Below are positions 1 through 12,824 of a DNA stretch of 64,000 bases, in pieces. Position 1 is the first letter of the stretch; the number at the start of each line of letters is the position of its first letter. The translations under genes were made by a program, and so were the position numbers. The stretch lies in the NCBI GenBank assembly GCA_030704615.1, contig CM060731.1, positions 89,342,001-89,406,000 of the forward strand. The letters are read 5' to 3'. The stretch is from Takakia lepidozioides (taxonomy: Eukaryota > Plantae > Bryophyta). The notes under the pieces are model-generated. The model ran no database searches, had not been told where the DNA came from, and saw nothing but the letters and a program-made list of their open reading frames with translations.

Positions 1-2076
1 GCTTCAATTTATTGTTTTGAAAAAACAAGATTGCGGTCGTATTGGCGGTCGCCTAATTTAAAAAAGAAAACAAGCGACTGCCGTATTGGCAGTCGCATGA
101 GGGCAAATACATTTTTGAAAATTAACAAAATGAACGCGACCGCCAATTATGGCGGTCACTTTGTTTTTTGAAATTAAAAAATAAATAGCGACCGCCGTAT
201 TGGCGGTCGCTTCAATTTTTTTTTTTAGAAAGCAAGATTGGCGGTCGCACTGGCGGTCGCACTGGCGGTCGCCTTATTTTTCGAATTTAAAAAATAAATA
301 GCGACCGCTATGCTATGCTGGCGGTCACATCAATTTATTGTTTTAAAAAAACAAGATTGCGATCGTATTGGCAGTCGCCTAATTTTTTAAAAAAAACAAG
401 CGACTGCCGTATTGGCGGTTGCAAGGTGACAAATACATTTTCGGGGGATCCTAAGGTCCCAATGGAAAATAGGGAGCGCACATGCCTCTTCCATTGGACT
501 CAATCTCTAGCACGTCATACAAAGCGCTGCATTCGCCCTGACCTGCAGTTGGAGCACACGCGACCGCCAATTATGGCGGTCGCTTTGTTTTTTTGAAATT
601 AAGAAATAAATAGCGACCGCCGTATAGGAGGTCGCTTCAATTTTTTTTTTCTTAAAAGCAAGATTTTTTACAATAACATTTGAAAGCTAGTTTTTTACAA
701 TAACATTTGCACTGGCGGTCGCCTTATTTTTCGAATTTAAAAAATAAATAGCGACCGCTATGCTGGCGGTCGCTTCAATTTATTGTTTTAAAAAAACAAG
801 ATTGCGGTCGTATTGGCGGTCGCCTAATTTAAAAGAGAAAACAAGCTACTGCTGTATTGGCGGTCGCAAGGTGACAAATACATTTTTGAAAATTAACAAA
901 ATGAACGCGACCGCCAATTATGGCGGTCGCTTTGTTTTTTTGAAATTAAAAAATAAATAGCAACCGCCGTATTGGCGGTCGCTTCAATTTTTTATTTTTA
1001 TTTTAAGGCTAGATTGGCGGTCGGACCGGCGGTCGCGTTATTTTTTCGAAATAGAAAAAGAAATAGCAACTGCCATATTGGTGCTCGCTTCAAATGTTAT
1101 TTTTTTAAAACAAGATTGGCGGTCGCACTGGCCGTCGCCTTATTTTTCGAATTTAAAAAATAAATAGCGACCGCTATGCTGGCGGTCGCTTCAATTTATT
1201 GTCTAAAAAAAACCAGATTGGCGGTCGTATTGGCAGTCGCCTAATTTAAAAAAGAAAACAAGCGACTGCCGTATTGGCGGTCGCACGGTGGCAAATACAT
1301 TTTTGAAAATTAACAAAATGAACGCGACCGCCAATTATGGCGGTCGCTTTGTTTTTTTGAAATTAAAAAATAAATAGCGACCGCCGTATTGGCGGTTGCT
1401 TCAATTTTTATTTTTTTTCTTAAGGCTAGATTGGCGGTCGGACCAGCAGTCGCGTTATTTTTTCGAAATAGAGAAAGAAATAGCAACTGCCATATTGGTG
1501 CTCGCTTCAAATGTTATTTTTTTTAAAGCAAGATTGGCGGTCGCATTGGCCGTCGTCTTATTTTTCGAATTTAAAAAATAAATAGCGACCGCTATGCTGG
1601 AGGTCGCTTCAACTTATTGTCTAAAAAAAACCAGATTGGCGGTCGTATTGGCGGTCGCCTAATTTAAAAAAGAAAACAAGCGACTGCCGTATTGGCGGTC
1701 GCACGGTGGCAAATACATTTTTGAAAATTAACAAAATGAACGCGACCGCCAATTATGGCGGTCGCTAGCGGTCGCACTGGCGGTCGCTTTATTTTTCGAA
1801 ATAGAAAAAGAAATAGCGACCGCCATATTGGCGGTCGCTTCAAATTTGGTTTTAATAAAAGCAAGATTGGTGGTCGCACTGGCGGTCGCTTTATTTTTCA
1901 AATTAGCAAACAAAATAACGACCGCTATCTTGGCGGTCGCTTAAATTTAAAAATATACAAAATAGAGGTAACTGCAATATTGCACAAAATGAAAGGAAAT
2001 AAAAGCGATCGCAATAATGGGGGTCGTTTGTTTTTTAAAAAAATAAAAATACAGACCGTAGTATTAGTGGTCGCTT
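1..2076. repeat. Degenerate higher-order tandem array of inverted GCGACCGCC-N6-GGCGGTCGC pairs in A/T-rich spacers; probable subterminal repeats of the downstream hAT element
   Basis: Dozens of GGCGGTCGC/GCGACCGCC motifs. The block AAATACATTTTTGAAAATTAACAAAATGAACGCGACCGCC recurs about every 420-445 bp in the later copies. The left TIR is not in the window, so the hAT assignment is inferred from position. Confidence 0.8.
442..557 (+). other. Captured ~116-bp fragment of a MULE-type transposase gene inside the repeat array
   Basis: Replaces ~18 bp of one repeat unit. Translates GDPKVPMENRERTCLFHWTQSLARHTKRCIRPDLQLEH, which aligns to GQDPNVPMEGKERSCGFHFLQSLSQYTTRLVAPDFREEH in ORF 16064..16528. 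Confidence 0.8.
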
Positions 2077-2509
2077 AATTTTAAAATTACAACAAATATG
2101 GTTGTACAGCTTTTTTTGGGTGGACGTTATTGGTTCGTCATTTATTCATTTCACTTTCATTTCACTTTCATCCCTCTTGGATCATATATAAGGGAGGAGG
2201 GTCTCCAAGCTCCTCACTTCTTTTGGCGCAAACACTTGAGGTTGCTTCGGATGTTCTCTTCCATTGAACGAGAGTGTAGCCCAAGAGGAGGGTGCGCACT
2301 TTTTGCCGTTGTGGCTTCCACCAAAGCCACTTCAGCAGATTGTGTATAAGCTCAACACTACAACCCACATCGATCCATTTGGGTTGCTGACAAGTGTAGA
2401 AGTGTTGGGCTATCGCATTGCACTCTACATTCACAACACGTTCATTTATAGGTGACTGTTTTTTGTTGCTTGCATCGCTAAGTCCCAGGGGAGTGGATAT
2501 TAGGTGAAG

Positions 2510-4631
2510 ATGAGGGAGGAATGGAGCCCTTGATATACGGCAATCCCGAACACTGTCAGTGCCACTGGTAGTGTTGAGTGCAACTTATGTGGATTAAAGC
2601 TTTCTTATCGTAAGGATCGGTTGCTCGCTCACCTCGGCTATAAAGGTGTGAAGAGCGTTAGGTTTATGCCCCAAAACATCTATGCGGGTAAAAAGCCACT
2701 TTACCCAGTGTGGAGGCAATATTCCAATGTCTTTGGATCTGGACATGACCTCTAAGCAGAACACTTCATCTTCCCGTCAGGATGCCCCGATTAGTACCCA
2801 GGGCAACTCTTGTGAGGCTTCGGGTGTCCTTGGACAAGTGGGTTGTGCCGGAGCAACACCTGCTTCAACACCTCTTTGTACCCCTACACTTCAACGGAGT
2901 AGAGGATTACAGTAGCAATCCATGCAAGAAGGTCTTAACTTGTCTGCGAAAAGACAGTTGGATAAAAAATGGGCGCAATTTTTTTTCAAGGCCAACATAC
3001 CATTTAATGTGGCAAGGCTTCCGGCATTTGTTTCTGCTGTTAGAGCAACCTTGGAGTCCAGATCCACGTACGTGCCTCCGACTTATCACAATCTCCGCAC
3101 AGGATTGCTAGAAGACGTCATGACCGAGCTTACCCAAAGGTCAACGATAGGACGGGCGAGTGTATCAGAAAATATGGAAGCACTATATGTGCCGATGGTT
3201 GGAGTTCTGTCACAAACAGACCGTTGTTCAATGTTATGCTCGTATGTCCAGCTGGGGAACAATTCTTGGGATCGGTCGACACTAGCGGTGAGAAGAAAGA
3301 TGGACGTTATCAATGCCAACTATTGACGGACTTCATCGAACAAGTCGGAAGTGATAGAATCGTGCAAATATGCACAGACAATGTCGCTAACATGAGAAAC
3401 ACTGCAGACATGTTGTTGGCACGTTATCTCCATATGTACTATCAAGGTTGTGCTGCTCATATATTTGACCTATTTTTGGAAGATTGGGGAAAAGAACAGT
3501 GGGTGAAACAACTTGTCAAGCGAGCAAAGACTATTGTGTCGTTCATCCGCACACACCACATCCCTTTGGCAATATATATGAGGCACGAACCCAAATACAG
3601 CCTCCGCAATCCAGGTGAAACTCGTTTTGTCACTAACTTCTTGATGGTGGATCGGTTGGTGACGGTGAAGAGCAGTCTGGAGCACACCATCATCGATCCT
3701 CAATGGGACGCGTACACACGGACATTGCGGGACTCCAGAAAAACCAAGTCATTGGGCAAAAGTCGAAAAGTTCGAAATAGCATTCGCAGCGATGATTTCT
3801 GGAAGAAATGTGAAAACTTTGTTTATATGGTTGAGCCGGTGTTAATCGTCTTGCGGGAGTTTGATGAAAAGCAACCAGTAATGGGCAAGGCATGGTTACT
3901 AATGCAAAATCTTGAGAAGCACGTCCAATCCTTGAGGCATCATTCCTTCTCCTTGGAAGCTGAACTTGCGGATAGTGCTGAGGATGCATTTTACGACCTC
4001 GTTCGATGGTTCGAACGGACTTGCATTATGCGGGGGCTTTGCTCAATCCATTCTTGCTCGACAATACCATGCTCCGAAACGACGCTGATGCCAAGGCCGG
4101 CCTCGTGAGAATGCTCATGCGACTAGTTCCGCCGAACCATCCAGAGAGAGCTATATCCGAGTACCAATGCTTCTCAGATCGCCGCGACCCTTTTGAGGAC
4201 ATGCCGGATCCAAAAGAGCTCAATATGCTGCCACATGAATGGTTGGATCTGATTGGAGCTGGAGCAAGAATATTGGCTCCCATTGCGAAGCGTATTCTTG
4301 CTCAAGTGTGCTCTGCCTCATCTTGCGAACGCAATTGGAGAAGTTACTAATTTGTTCACAACAAGATTCGCAACAGGTTGAATCCCGCGAGGGCTGACAA
4401 ATTGGTGTATGTGTATACCAATTGCCGACTGCTATGTGAGAGGGCAGCGGATGATGCTGCAGCATGGTATGAGAGGAATTTGCATTCCGAAGACTCTGCT
4501 TCTGAGGCTGATTCGATGAGTGACGATACTGAGCCTTAGAGAGAATCATCTCAGAAGGAATCATCTGCCTCTGATAGTGAAGATGGATCCGATGATTCTC
4601 CCAAAAATGCGTATGACCCATTTACATTCAT
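2510..4631 (+). pseudogene. hAT-family transposase (BED-like Zn finger, DUF659, hAT dimerisation domain), disrupted; 5' part
   Basis: CNLC...LLAHLG at the N-terminus; WAQFFFKANIPFNVA; VQICTDNVANM; CAAHIFDL; TRFVTNF; VCSASSCERNW. Several stops and frameshifts. Cut at 4631 by an LTR. Confidence 0.9.
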
Positions 4632-4836
4632 TGTCGCGCACCTCACTTCGGTAAGCTCCCCCCTCAAGTCATAGTTACTCGCTTGATGCGCGCGCCTAAC
4701 TCCCAACCTGGCCGCCGGGCCAACTTGGAGCTTCGGCTACTCACCGGGGCATAACGGTCCCCCCTACGATCTCCCAAAGAACCCTTCACCCCTTCGGAAC
4801 CAGCGGAATTCCCTTTGGTAGTTGGCAGTCCGGAAC
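4632..4836 (-). repeat. 3' LTR of chromovirus copy 1, part 1
   Basis: Matches the first 205 bp of LTR 24794-25519. Confidence 0.95.
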
Positions 4837-5057
4837 GGGGGCTGCTATTTCATGAGCGGCATGAGCATGAGCGGGAAAAAAAAAAGCATGAGCAGACCAT
4901 TGTGAGTCCACGGAAATAGGGTTAGGAGGCACGGAAATAGGGTCATGTGAAGTTGGAATGTGGCACCAGTGGACTTGAAATGCAACATTTTATTGCAAAT
5001 TTTGTGGCAAGCCACGTCTAATCAAGTGTGTTCTAATTGTCATAGCCGGAATGGGCA

Positions 5058-8000
5058 CTACTCTCCTACACCCTCCGAGGAACTTGCCCCACCTTCTTCC
5101 TCATCCCCCTCATCCCCCTCATCCTCCGAGCTCTGTGATGCATCAGTTCCACTATGCCTCTCAAAAATCCCGTCCTCCTTGGGGGACTGTCCACCTCACC
5201 TCCTGGGAATCTTCTGCGTCTTCTCCCCCACTTTCCTCAGCAGAATCCAAGACAAATCTACGAGCCCGACGGGCTCTAATAGCTGCTGCCTCCTCCCTCA
5301 TCTTATTTTCTTGAGCTTGCCTCGTCTAAAATCTGTTGTACACGACTAGGTTCGGAACACCTCCTAATGGACACCGAAGCAAGCCGGGCAGCATAAGTAG
5401 GAAGGATGTACTCCCTTTCTGGACTAGGCATGAAATCCCCCCTGCCAAAAAAAGGCACGTTCCTCCTGCCCATGAACTCCGGTGTAGACGTCCCTCCGGC
5501 AGTACTTGGCATCCTACAGTAAGAACAAATCCACTTCAAGAATGTCAATACCAGCACAACCAGAAAGGGTTTTCAATGAAATAAGAGAGGGAGGGAGGTG
5601 CCTCACGAAATCTGGAGGCAACTTACAATGCCACCACTCACTCATAAACCGGGGGCTCCTCGGCCTCGATCCCAACTTCCTCCCCCTGCTCCTTCTTGGA
5701 TTTTTCCTCATCCTCCGAGGATGCCTCTTCATCTTTCGGCAGACGTTCAGCCGCTGCAAGTTCCGAGTTGTGGAGGGCAGTATCTGGCTCGAAGGCGAAC
5801 ACATGCCTGTCGGACAACGTCCCTGCCCACATTGAAGCACCTGAGGAATAAAGCGGGCAGTTAATAGCTTGCGGCATGCAATTGCAATCGGGCCAGGGGA
5901 CAAACTGAGCACGTGAAGGCTTACCCGTGCCGCATGTGAGTCCAGAATCCGCCCTTGGACATCCGAGCATGTCTCCATGAGGGTTTGGATGAAAGCAGGG
6001 CTCCGGGTCCGGCTGTACCGCCACGGTTTGCCTGTCTTTGTGTCCTTCGGCATACTAGAGTGGGGCACATAGTTGTAGACGACATCGTAGGTTACAGGGT
6101 CCACAGCGGCATCAATAAGACGACCGTTGTTGCGGAATTTGAACGTAGACCCTCTCTTCACAAAGCAATATGCCTCAAACACCAATGTCTGCACATCCAA
6201 CAAAGAAGAGATCAACTCCAGGGTCTACTTAACATACACCACAATATGAAGTGAATGCAATAGATTGATAACTTACACTTTGGCCCTCTGTTCGCAACCC
6301 CTGTGTACTGATGCAGAACCATTTTCTGAGAGGATCGGGGTGACACTTTTCGGTGTCCACCTTGCCACCGCATTCTCTGTGGTCTTCCCTCTCGTGGCAA
6401 GGACAACCACACATCCACCGTCATCTAGAAGCATCCCCGCCAGCCCAAACCCGGCTTTCCAGTAGTCCTCAGTAAACCTGTTCCATGTGGGCACACCATC
6501 CAAGCCCTCCAGCAGCTCCCCATCTGGAATGTCGAGGAGAATCATGTCGCAAGCTCTCTCCACCTCAACCCCCCCTTGAGTGCTCTTGCAATTCGTGCTC
6601 ACAGCTGTGAAGAATTCCATCATGGCTTCAAAACCAGGGGTGTCTTTAGGCTCTGTACCGCCAGCCCTCTTCTTGGCTTTCCCCTTCTGCTCCGCCAGAG
6701 ACTTGTTGTGTGCCACCTTCTCGCCCTGGCAGCGAGAGCGTCAAGGAAGCTCTCATTGACGCATTGGATGATGGTTGGAGGTTCTAGCTTTGGCTTGTGC
6801 GTAAACGTCACCGCCGAATACCGCCGTGTAGGCTCGCCCTCAAATGCCAACTTCTTGGCAGAGCCAGTCCCACTCCGAACTGACTTGGGAACCCGGATGA
6901 CCGGTGACTGGGTAGGAGCAACAGCAGTCGCAGGACCTTGAACAAAGTCGTCGTCTGAGTCACTCTCTTGGGTCCCCTCCTGCGCCTCCTCCGATGCCCC
7001 GATGGTTTTCTTCTTTTTGGGTGTTACTACTGCACTCACCTGTTTCCTTGTCCTTTTCCTTTGGCCTTTACTCTTCTCATGCAATTTCTCCTGAATTCGT
7101 GCCTGAGCAAGCTCTGCCGCTTTCCTGGAGTTCGCAAGGGCTTTTGCCTCTTTTGCACCCAACGGAGGCAGCGGAGCCCGGTTTCGTCGGAATTCAGCAT
7201 CCAGCTTCAATTGAAACTCGGATGGGTCGAGCGAGCCGGGCGGAAGGTCCACATACCAAGGGCAATCACGCAAATGTTCCAGATGCCACTCCTTCACAAT
7301 ATCGTCAGTGTACATGGAGTCAGCCCCAGGGTTCCTCCATGCCAGGAAGAATGGTGGCTCGAAAGACAGATGACCTTTCTCCAAAAGGGAGAACTTGCAG
7401 TACCTGCATTCATGAAAAACACAATGAGGTCCCTGAAATGCATATTCGGCACCATTTTCCCAGGTTGGGGCGGATGTGAGTGGGCCTAGAAATGGAAAAA
7501 TGGCGCCGAATTTCGGTTTTCGGTGACTGCCACCCTAGGGACTTAGCCATCTTGGGAGCCCTGAACTGGAAATTCGGCGCCATTTTTCCCGGTTTGGCCC
7601 GAAGATGGCTAAGTCCCAGAACCGCAATAGGGCCTGGAACTGGAAAAATGGCGCCGAATTTCCAGTTCAGGGCCAGCCACCCTAGGGACTTAGCCCGAAA
7701 ATGGCTAAGTCCCTGAACGGCAATAGGGCCTGGAACTGGAAAATGGCGCCGAATTTCCAGTTCGGGCCAGCCAGTCTAGGGACTTAGCCCGAAAATGGCC
7801 AAGTCCCTGAACGGCAATAGGGCCTGGAACTGGAAAATGGCGCCGAATTTCCAGTTCCGGGCCAGCCAGTCTAGGGACTTAGCCCGAAAATGGCCAAGTC
7901 CCTGAACGGCAATAGGGCCTGGAACTGGAAAATGGCGCCGAATTTCCAGTTCCGGGCCAGCCAGTCTAGGGACTTAGCCCGAAAATGGCCAAGTCCCTGA

Positions 8001-11000
8001 ACGGCAATAGGGCCTGGAACTGGAAAATGGCGCCGAATTTCCAGTTCCGGGCCAGCCAGTCTAGGGACTTAGCCCGAAAATGGCAAGTCCCTGAACGGCA
8101 ATAGGGCCTGGAACTGGAAAATGGCGCCGAATTTCCAGTTCCGGGCCAGCCAGTCTAGGGACTTAGCCCGAAAATGGCCAAGTCCCTGAACGGCAATAGG
8201 GCCTGGAACTGGAAAATGGCGCCGAATTTCCAGTTCAGGGCCAGCCAGTCTAGGGACTTAGCCATTTTCGGAGCCCTGACTGGAAATTAGGCGCCATTTT
8301 CCCTAACACCACATGAGGCCTCTAACATCCTGAAATGCAAGGACTTGAAAGAAAGGCAGCGCGTATGTACCTGTACAGAAGGCGCATTGCTGCTTTGTCC
8401 GCGTTCGGCTGGTCGGTGAACTCGTGGCTCCGGCGAGCATCTGCTATCTCCCGAAAGAATAGGTTGGTTTTGTAGAGCAGAAAGTACCTCGTCACATAGT
8501 CACGTAGGCTCTCTGCTGCAGGAGATATCTCCATCTTGAACTGATGTGCTTGTGTGTCCAGCTGCTCTTGCGCATTCGTCGTCACCTGTGGAGATTCTCC
8601 ATCAGATCGCTTTCCTGAAAAAATACAATGAATCCACCCCCTACTAGAGTAGAAGCCCCAAACGAAGCGTGGGGAAGTACCTGAAACCACCATGTCATGC
8701 GGTTCATCCACATGTCGAATGTGGGGTCAGAGAGTTTGTCCGGTTTGGGGAAGCTCCACATGTCCCTGGTACTTTGGGAACCATTCCAGATTTGGAACCA
8801 CCGGGTCTGTCCAACCACCCAGCATATTCGTTAGCGCCAAACACCACAAAAGGAGTTGTTGCCACCACAATTTGGTTAAGAATGTATCACCTTTTCTGTT
8901 GCATCCACACAGGATGTGGCTAGACGATGGAGCTTCTCCAATGTCATCATGGGCTTCAGAGCGCGAGAGTAGTGCTTCCCCACCTCCACCAGAAAGTCGG
9001 CACCAAGGGCGGGATCAGCTATGGCCACGTACTTTACCATCCGCGACTTGTACTTTATGCGGGCCCTCACCTCCGCAGCTTTGACATACGATTCGAGTTC
9101 CGGGAGGGTTGGATTCTTCTCCTCTGACTCCATGTAGAACCTCCGCGCATGTGCCAAATCCTGTTGTATTTTCGTCTGTCAAGAATGCGCACATAAGATT
9201 AGAGATCCTGCTCAACACAATTTCTTCTATTGGGGAGGAGATTAGAAATCACGGTGAAGACCTTTTCTTCTATTAGGGGAGGAGAGACAGATTAACTCAA
9301 CAAAACTGTCAGGAGCTTTACCCGAAATATGTAGTCCACCATGGCGTCGACGCTCAGCCTATACCAGGTTCTGTCTGCCTTTGCCTCCGACTTGCGCAGG
9401 AGGTCGGCACTGAGGGAATTGGCAAACTCTTGCACCCCCTGCTTCCCGACATCCTTCACTCGGAAGAGCATATGGGACAAGTTGGTGGCAATGAAGGCAT
9501 TCTCAGTCACCCTGCAGTGCCACATTTCCATCAAACAATACTGAAATGGGAATTTTCATCATATATGAGGATTCGCAATGAAATGACTTCCAAATTCAAA
9601 GTCCAAAAGCGAGAGGCGTTGTAGCTTACGAGTTGATGTCGGCCATTGCAGCTTTGAGAAGACTGCGATCTTTGGGCCCCGCAACCTTCAACACAACACA
9701 ATCCACGGCGAAATGCCAATCGAGGTCGTTGGGGTGGGCTTGGGCAATGTGCTCCATCCATGCCAGGAGGCGATGATTGCCGTCCCACACGTAGAACATC
9801 TTACCACAAGTGCTGGAAAAGAGGATCACTAGCAATCGATCTCTGAACTCCTCATTTCGCGTTTGCCAATGGGGACCCCATTTGTCCACCTCATCGGAAG
9901 TGTGGGCACGGAAGCTCCGTGGTCGTTCTCAATGGAAACGTAAAACGCGGCAGACCCCATTCGATATCCATCCCGGAAAGAGAATTTCAGCTTGTCGATA
10001 TCGCCTGGGAGGGCAGGTCTCACCACCTGCAATGACACCAAGCGGCAAAGGGGAATTCGAAGCTTGGCCGGGTACACCATGCCCCCCAGCACCCTGCCAA
10101 TGTTGCTGTGGGTTGCCTCCAACATCTTGGCAGCGGCCAACTTCATATCCGCCTCAGACATGACGTCTGCTGCAGAGGGGTTTTCCGGCAGCCCACCAGG
10201 ACCGCCAAATCCAGCCTGTATGCTCCGGGTTTGGGGCCTGGGGATGTCCGGGAGGATGTCATCCTGGTCAGAAAGCTCCCTGTTGTCCTCCTCAACAGGG
10301 TCAGCCACCTGCGAAACCACCTCCAGCACTCTCCCCGTCTCTACTGCCCTCTCCCTGGCTTCACCTCGAACTTGCACAATCCGTGCTCTTTCTGGTGTTC
10401 TTTCCTCTCCTCCACTCTCCACCGTATGGGTAATTGCAGGGGCTGCTCTTGCCCGCAATGGTCTAACCGGTGTGTTACTGCCTCTCTGTGGTGTCTTGGA
10501 GGGATCCACCGTCTCTGTGCGTCCCTCGCTTACATTGGCATCTGTCATTTGGGCACCCCTGGCCTCTTCAGTGGCCTTTTCTCTTTCCTCCTGGCTAGCA
10601 TTCTGTCTCGTCTGTTCTTTTGCCCTCTCTTTTGCCCTCTCACGGGCTTTCTGTTTCTTACTAGGGCTAGCAGCAAGGGAGCCCTCCAGGACGACCACCT
10701 TTGATTGAGGCGAACTGACACCCTTGCGCGCACTGCTCACTCCCCCCTCCGCAGCCCGTGACGGCTCTCTCGCCGGGGATTGCATGTGCTTAGCTTTCTT
10801 CTTTTTCTTTGCGTGGGCGGGCCCTACTGCATGTGCATGAACAACCTCCATTGCCGGATCTGCTGTCCTCATGTCCTCACGCCCTTCACCTGCCATGCCG
10901 TCTGCACCAACCTCCCCAATGCCTATTCTGTCGTACTCTCGTTGCAAGTCCTCCCGTCCACCAACAAAAGGTTTAAGTTTGCCCTCTCGCCCCAAGTTGG

Positions 11001-11646
11001 GCGATTCAAACATGCGATGAGTTGGAGCTGTCGATGATACCACCAGCGTGCCGGGCTCGTCGTCACTCTGTCATTCCCAAAAATCGTGAAAACCAACATC
11101 AGTGCAAAAACCAGCATCGCAACGAGCAGCAACCACCATAGCAACAATCGTGTAACAAAAATGAAAACATAACAAGTTTAGGAAGTATGGAGAGCCATGC
11201 AACAACAATGAAAACAAATGCAACCATTGCCTGAGAATGACATGCACAAGCAGCCTTCTCCAGAGCTGCCGGATTTGCACACGCATTGCAAACAATCTAA
11301 TGTTAACTCAACTATCTAAAGTTCACTCATCCAGTGAAGCCAGAATGAAGATGCAAAAACAAAGCGAGGCAACAAAGCGAAAGCAAAAAAGAAATCAAAC
11401 AAAGCGAAAGCAGAAGTGGCTTGCCTGAGAGTACTCGGCTTCAGTTGGCGCGGGTTGTGAGCAAGACACTGGAATCTCCTGCTGGAGCTTCAGTTTGGCC
11501 ATGCGAGAGATTGGCCGTCGTCCGTAGTACAGAGCTTTCAACTTCCGCCGCGGTCTGGATGTGAGGTCTCTCTCAGGAGAGCCACGCCCTTCAGGCGGCA
11601 TAAGTCCCAGCCAAAATGGAAAAAGATCTTCGTTTTTGGGGTACAT
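5058..11646 (-). CDS. Multi-exon gene: ParB/Srx-like domain plus C-terminal beta-class N4/N6 DNA amino-methyltransferase-like domain (exon model approximate, a few 1-nt frameshifts)
   Basis: IPLCRLVSLQVVRP...FYVWDGNHRLLAW (ParB-like GxxR, 9770-9784). In-frame splice LLYR|YCKF across the 7404-8370 intron. DMILLDIPDG (6522-6533), LLDDGGCVVVL, and RSPAFIQTLMETCSDVQGRILD(L)TCGT|GASMWAG...RHVFAFEPD across GT-AG intron 5841-5924. Confidence 0.65.
7440..8305. repeat. ~95-bp tandem repeat (about 8-9 copies) inside an intron, each unit with the GGAAAATGGCGCCGAATTTCC core
   Basis: Unit starts at 7711, 7805, 7900, 7995, 8089 and 8184; the central copies are near-identical. Confidence 0.93.
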
Positions 11647-11859
11647 GCCTCGAATAGCATGTTAAGCCAAGACTAGCATGAGATTTAGGGTACGTATCCA
11701 GGAAGCCATGTGTCGCCAGCCCGAATGAAAACCGACGGCGGTGGACATTTATTGCCCAACTGCGCAATTAAATGTCGGAAGAAGCCCTCCATGTCGGATG
11801 AAAATCGACGGAAAGAGGCCCGGAATTTCCAACGTAGAGGTAATTCGGAGCGCTGCACG

Positions 11860-12630
11860 ATGGAATTCCGGCGCCGGATTTCCATCCTGCAGGTAATTCG
11901 GAGCGCAGCAGGATGGAAATTCAGCGCCGAATTTCCATCCTGCAAGGTAGGGCGGCGCGCGAAATTTCCCTCACGCAGGTAATTCAGAAGCGGATGGATG
12001 GAAATCCGGCGCCGGATTTCCATCCGCGCAGGTAGGGCGGCGCGCAAAATTTCCCTCACACAGGTAATTCGGAGCCAAGCAGGATGGAAATTCAGCGCCG
12101 AATTTCCATCCTGCAAGGTAGGGCGGCACGCGAAATTTCCCTCACGCAGGTAATTCAGAAGCGGATGGATGGAAATCCGGCGCCGGATTTCCATCCGCGC
12201 AGGTAGGGCGGCGCGCGAAATTTCCCTCACGCAAAGAATTCGGAGGCGGATGGATGGAAATCCGGCGCCGAATTTCCATCCTGCAAGGTAGGAAGGCGCG
12301 CGAAATTTCCCTCACGCAGGTAATTCGGAGGCGGATGGATGGAAATCCGGCGCCGGATTTCCATCCGCAAGGTTGAGCGGAGAGCGGACGGATGGAGATC
12401 CGGCGCCGAATTTCCATCCTGCAGGTAATTCGAATCCCGGATGGATGGAAATCCGGCGCCGAATTTCCATCCAGCAGGTAAGTGGAATCCCGGATGGATG
12501 GAAATCCGGCTCGAATTTCCATCCAGCAGGTAAGTGGAATCCCGGATGGATGGAAATCCGGCGCCGAATTTCCATCCAGCAGGTAAGTCGGATCGCTGGC
12601 GTATGGATATTCGGCGCCGAATTTCCATTC
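11860..12630. repeat. Palindrome-rich repeat array (GGATGGAAATCCGGCGCCGGATTTCCATCC and variants)
   Basis: Perfect 30-bp palindrome at 11996-12025, with many variants nearby. Confidence 0.9.
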
Positions 12631-12824
12631 GCCAGGTATTTCGAAGCGCTGAATTACCTTCCTGCAGGTAATTCTGAGCGCTGAATTACCTTCCTACAGG
12701 TTATTCTGAGCGTGTCGGATTGATTTTTCGGAGAAAAACAAACCTAACTGTTTGTTTTGTGGCTGAAGTGCACTTGCAGACACGTTTTTCTTGGAATCCT
12801 TGACTGCTAGAGGCAAATCGGAAC

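Noticed and set aside
5058-11646. Bacterial or phage contamination (ParB-MTase)
   Set aside because: It has spliceosomal introns and is cleanly nested between 9-bp TSDs inside a plant-type LTR.
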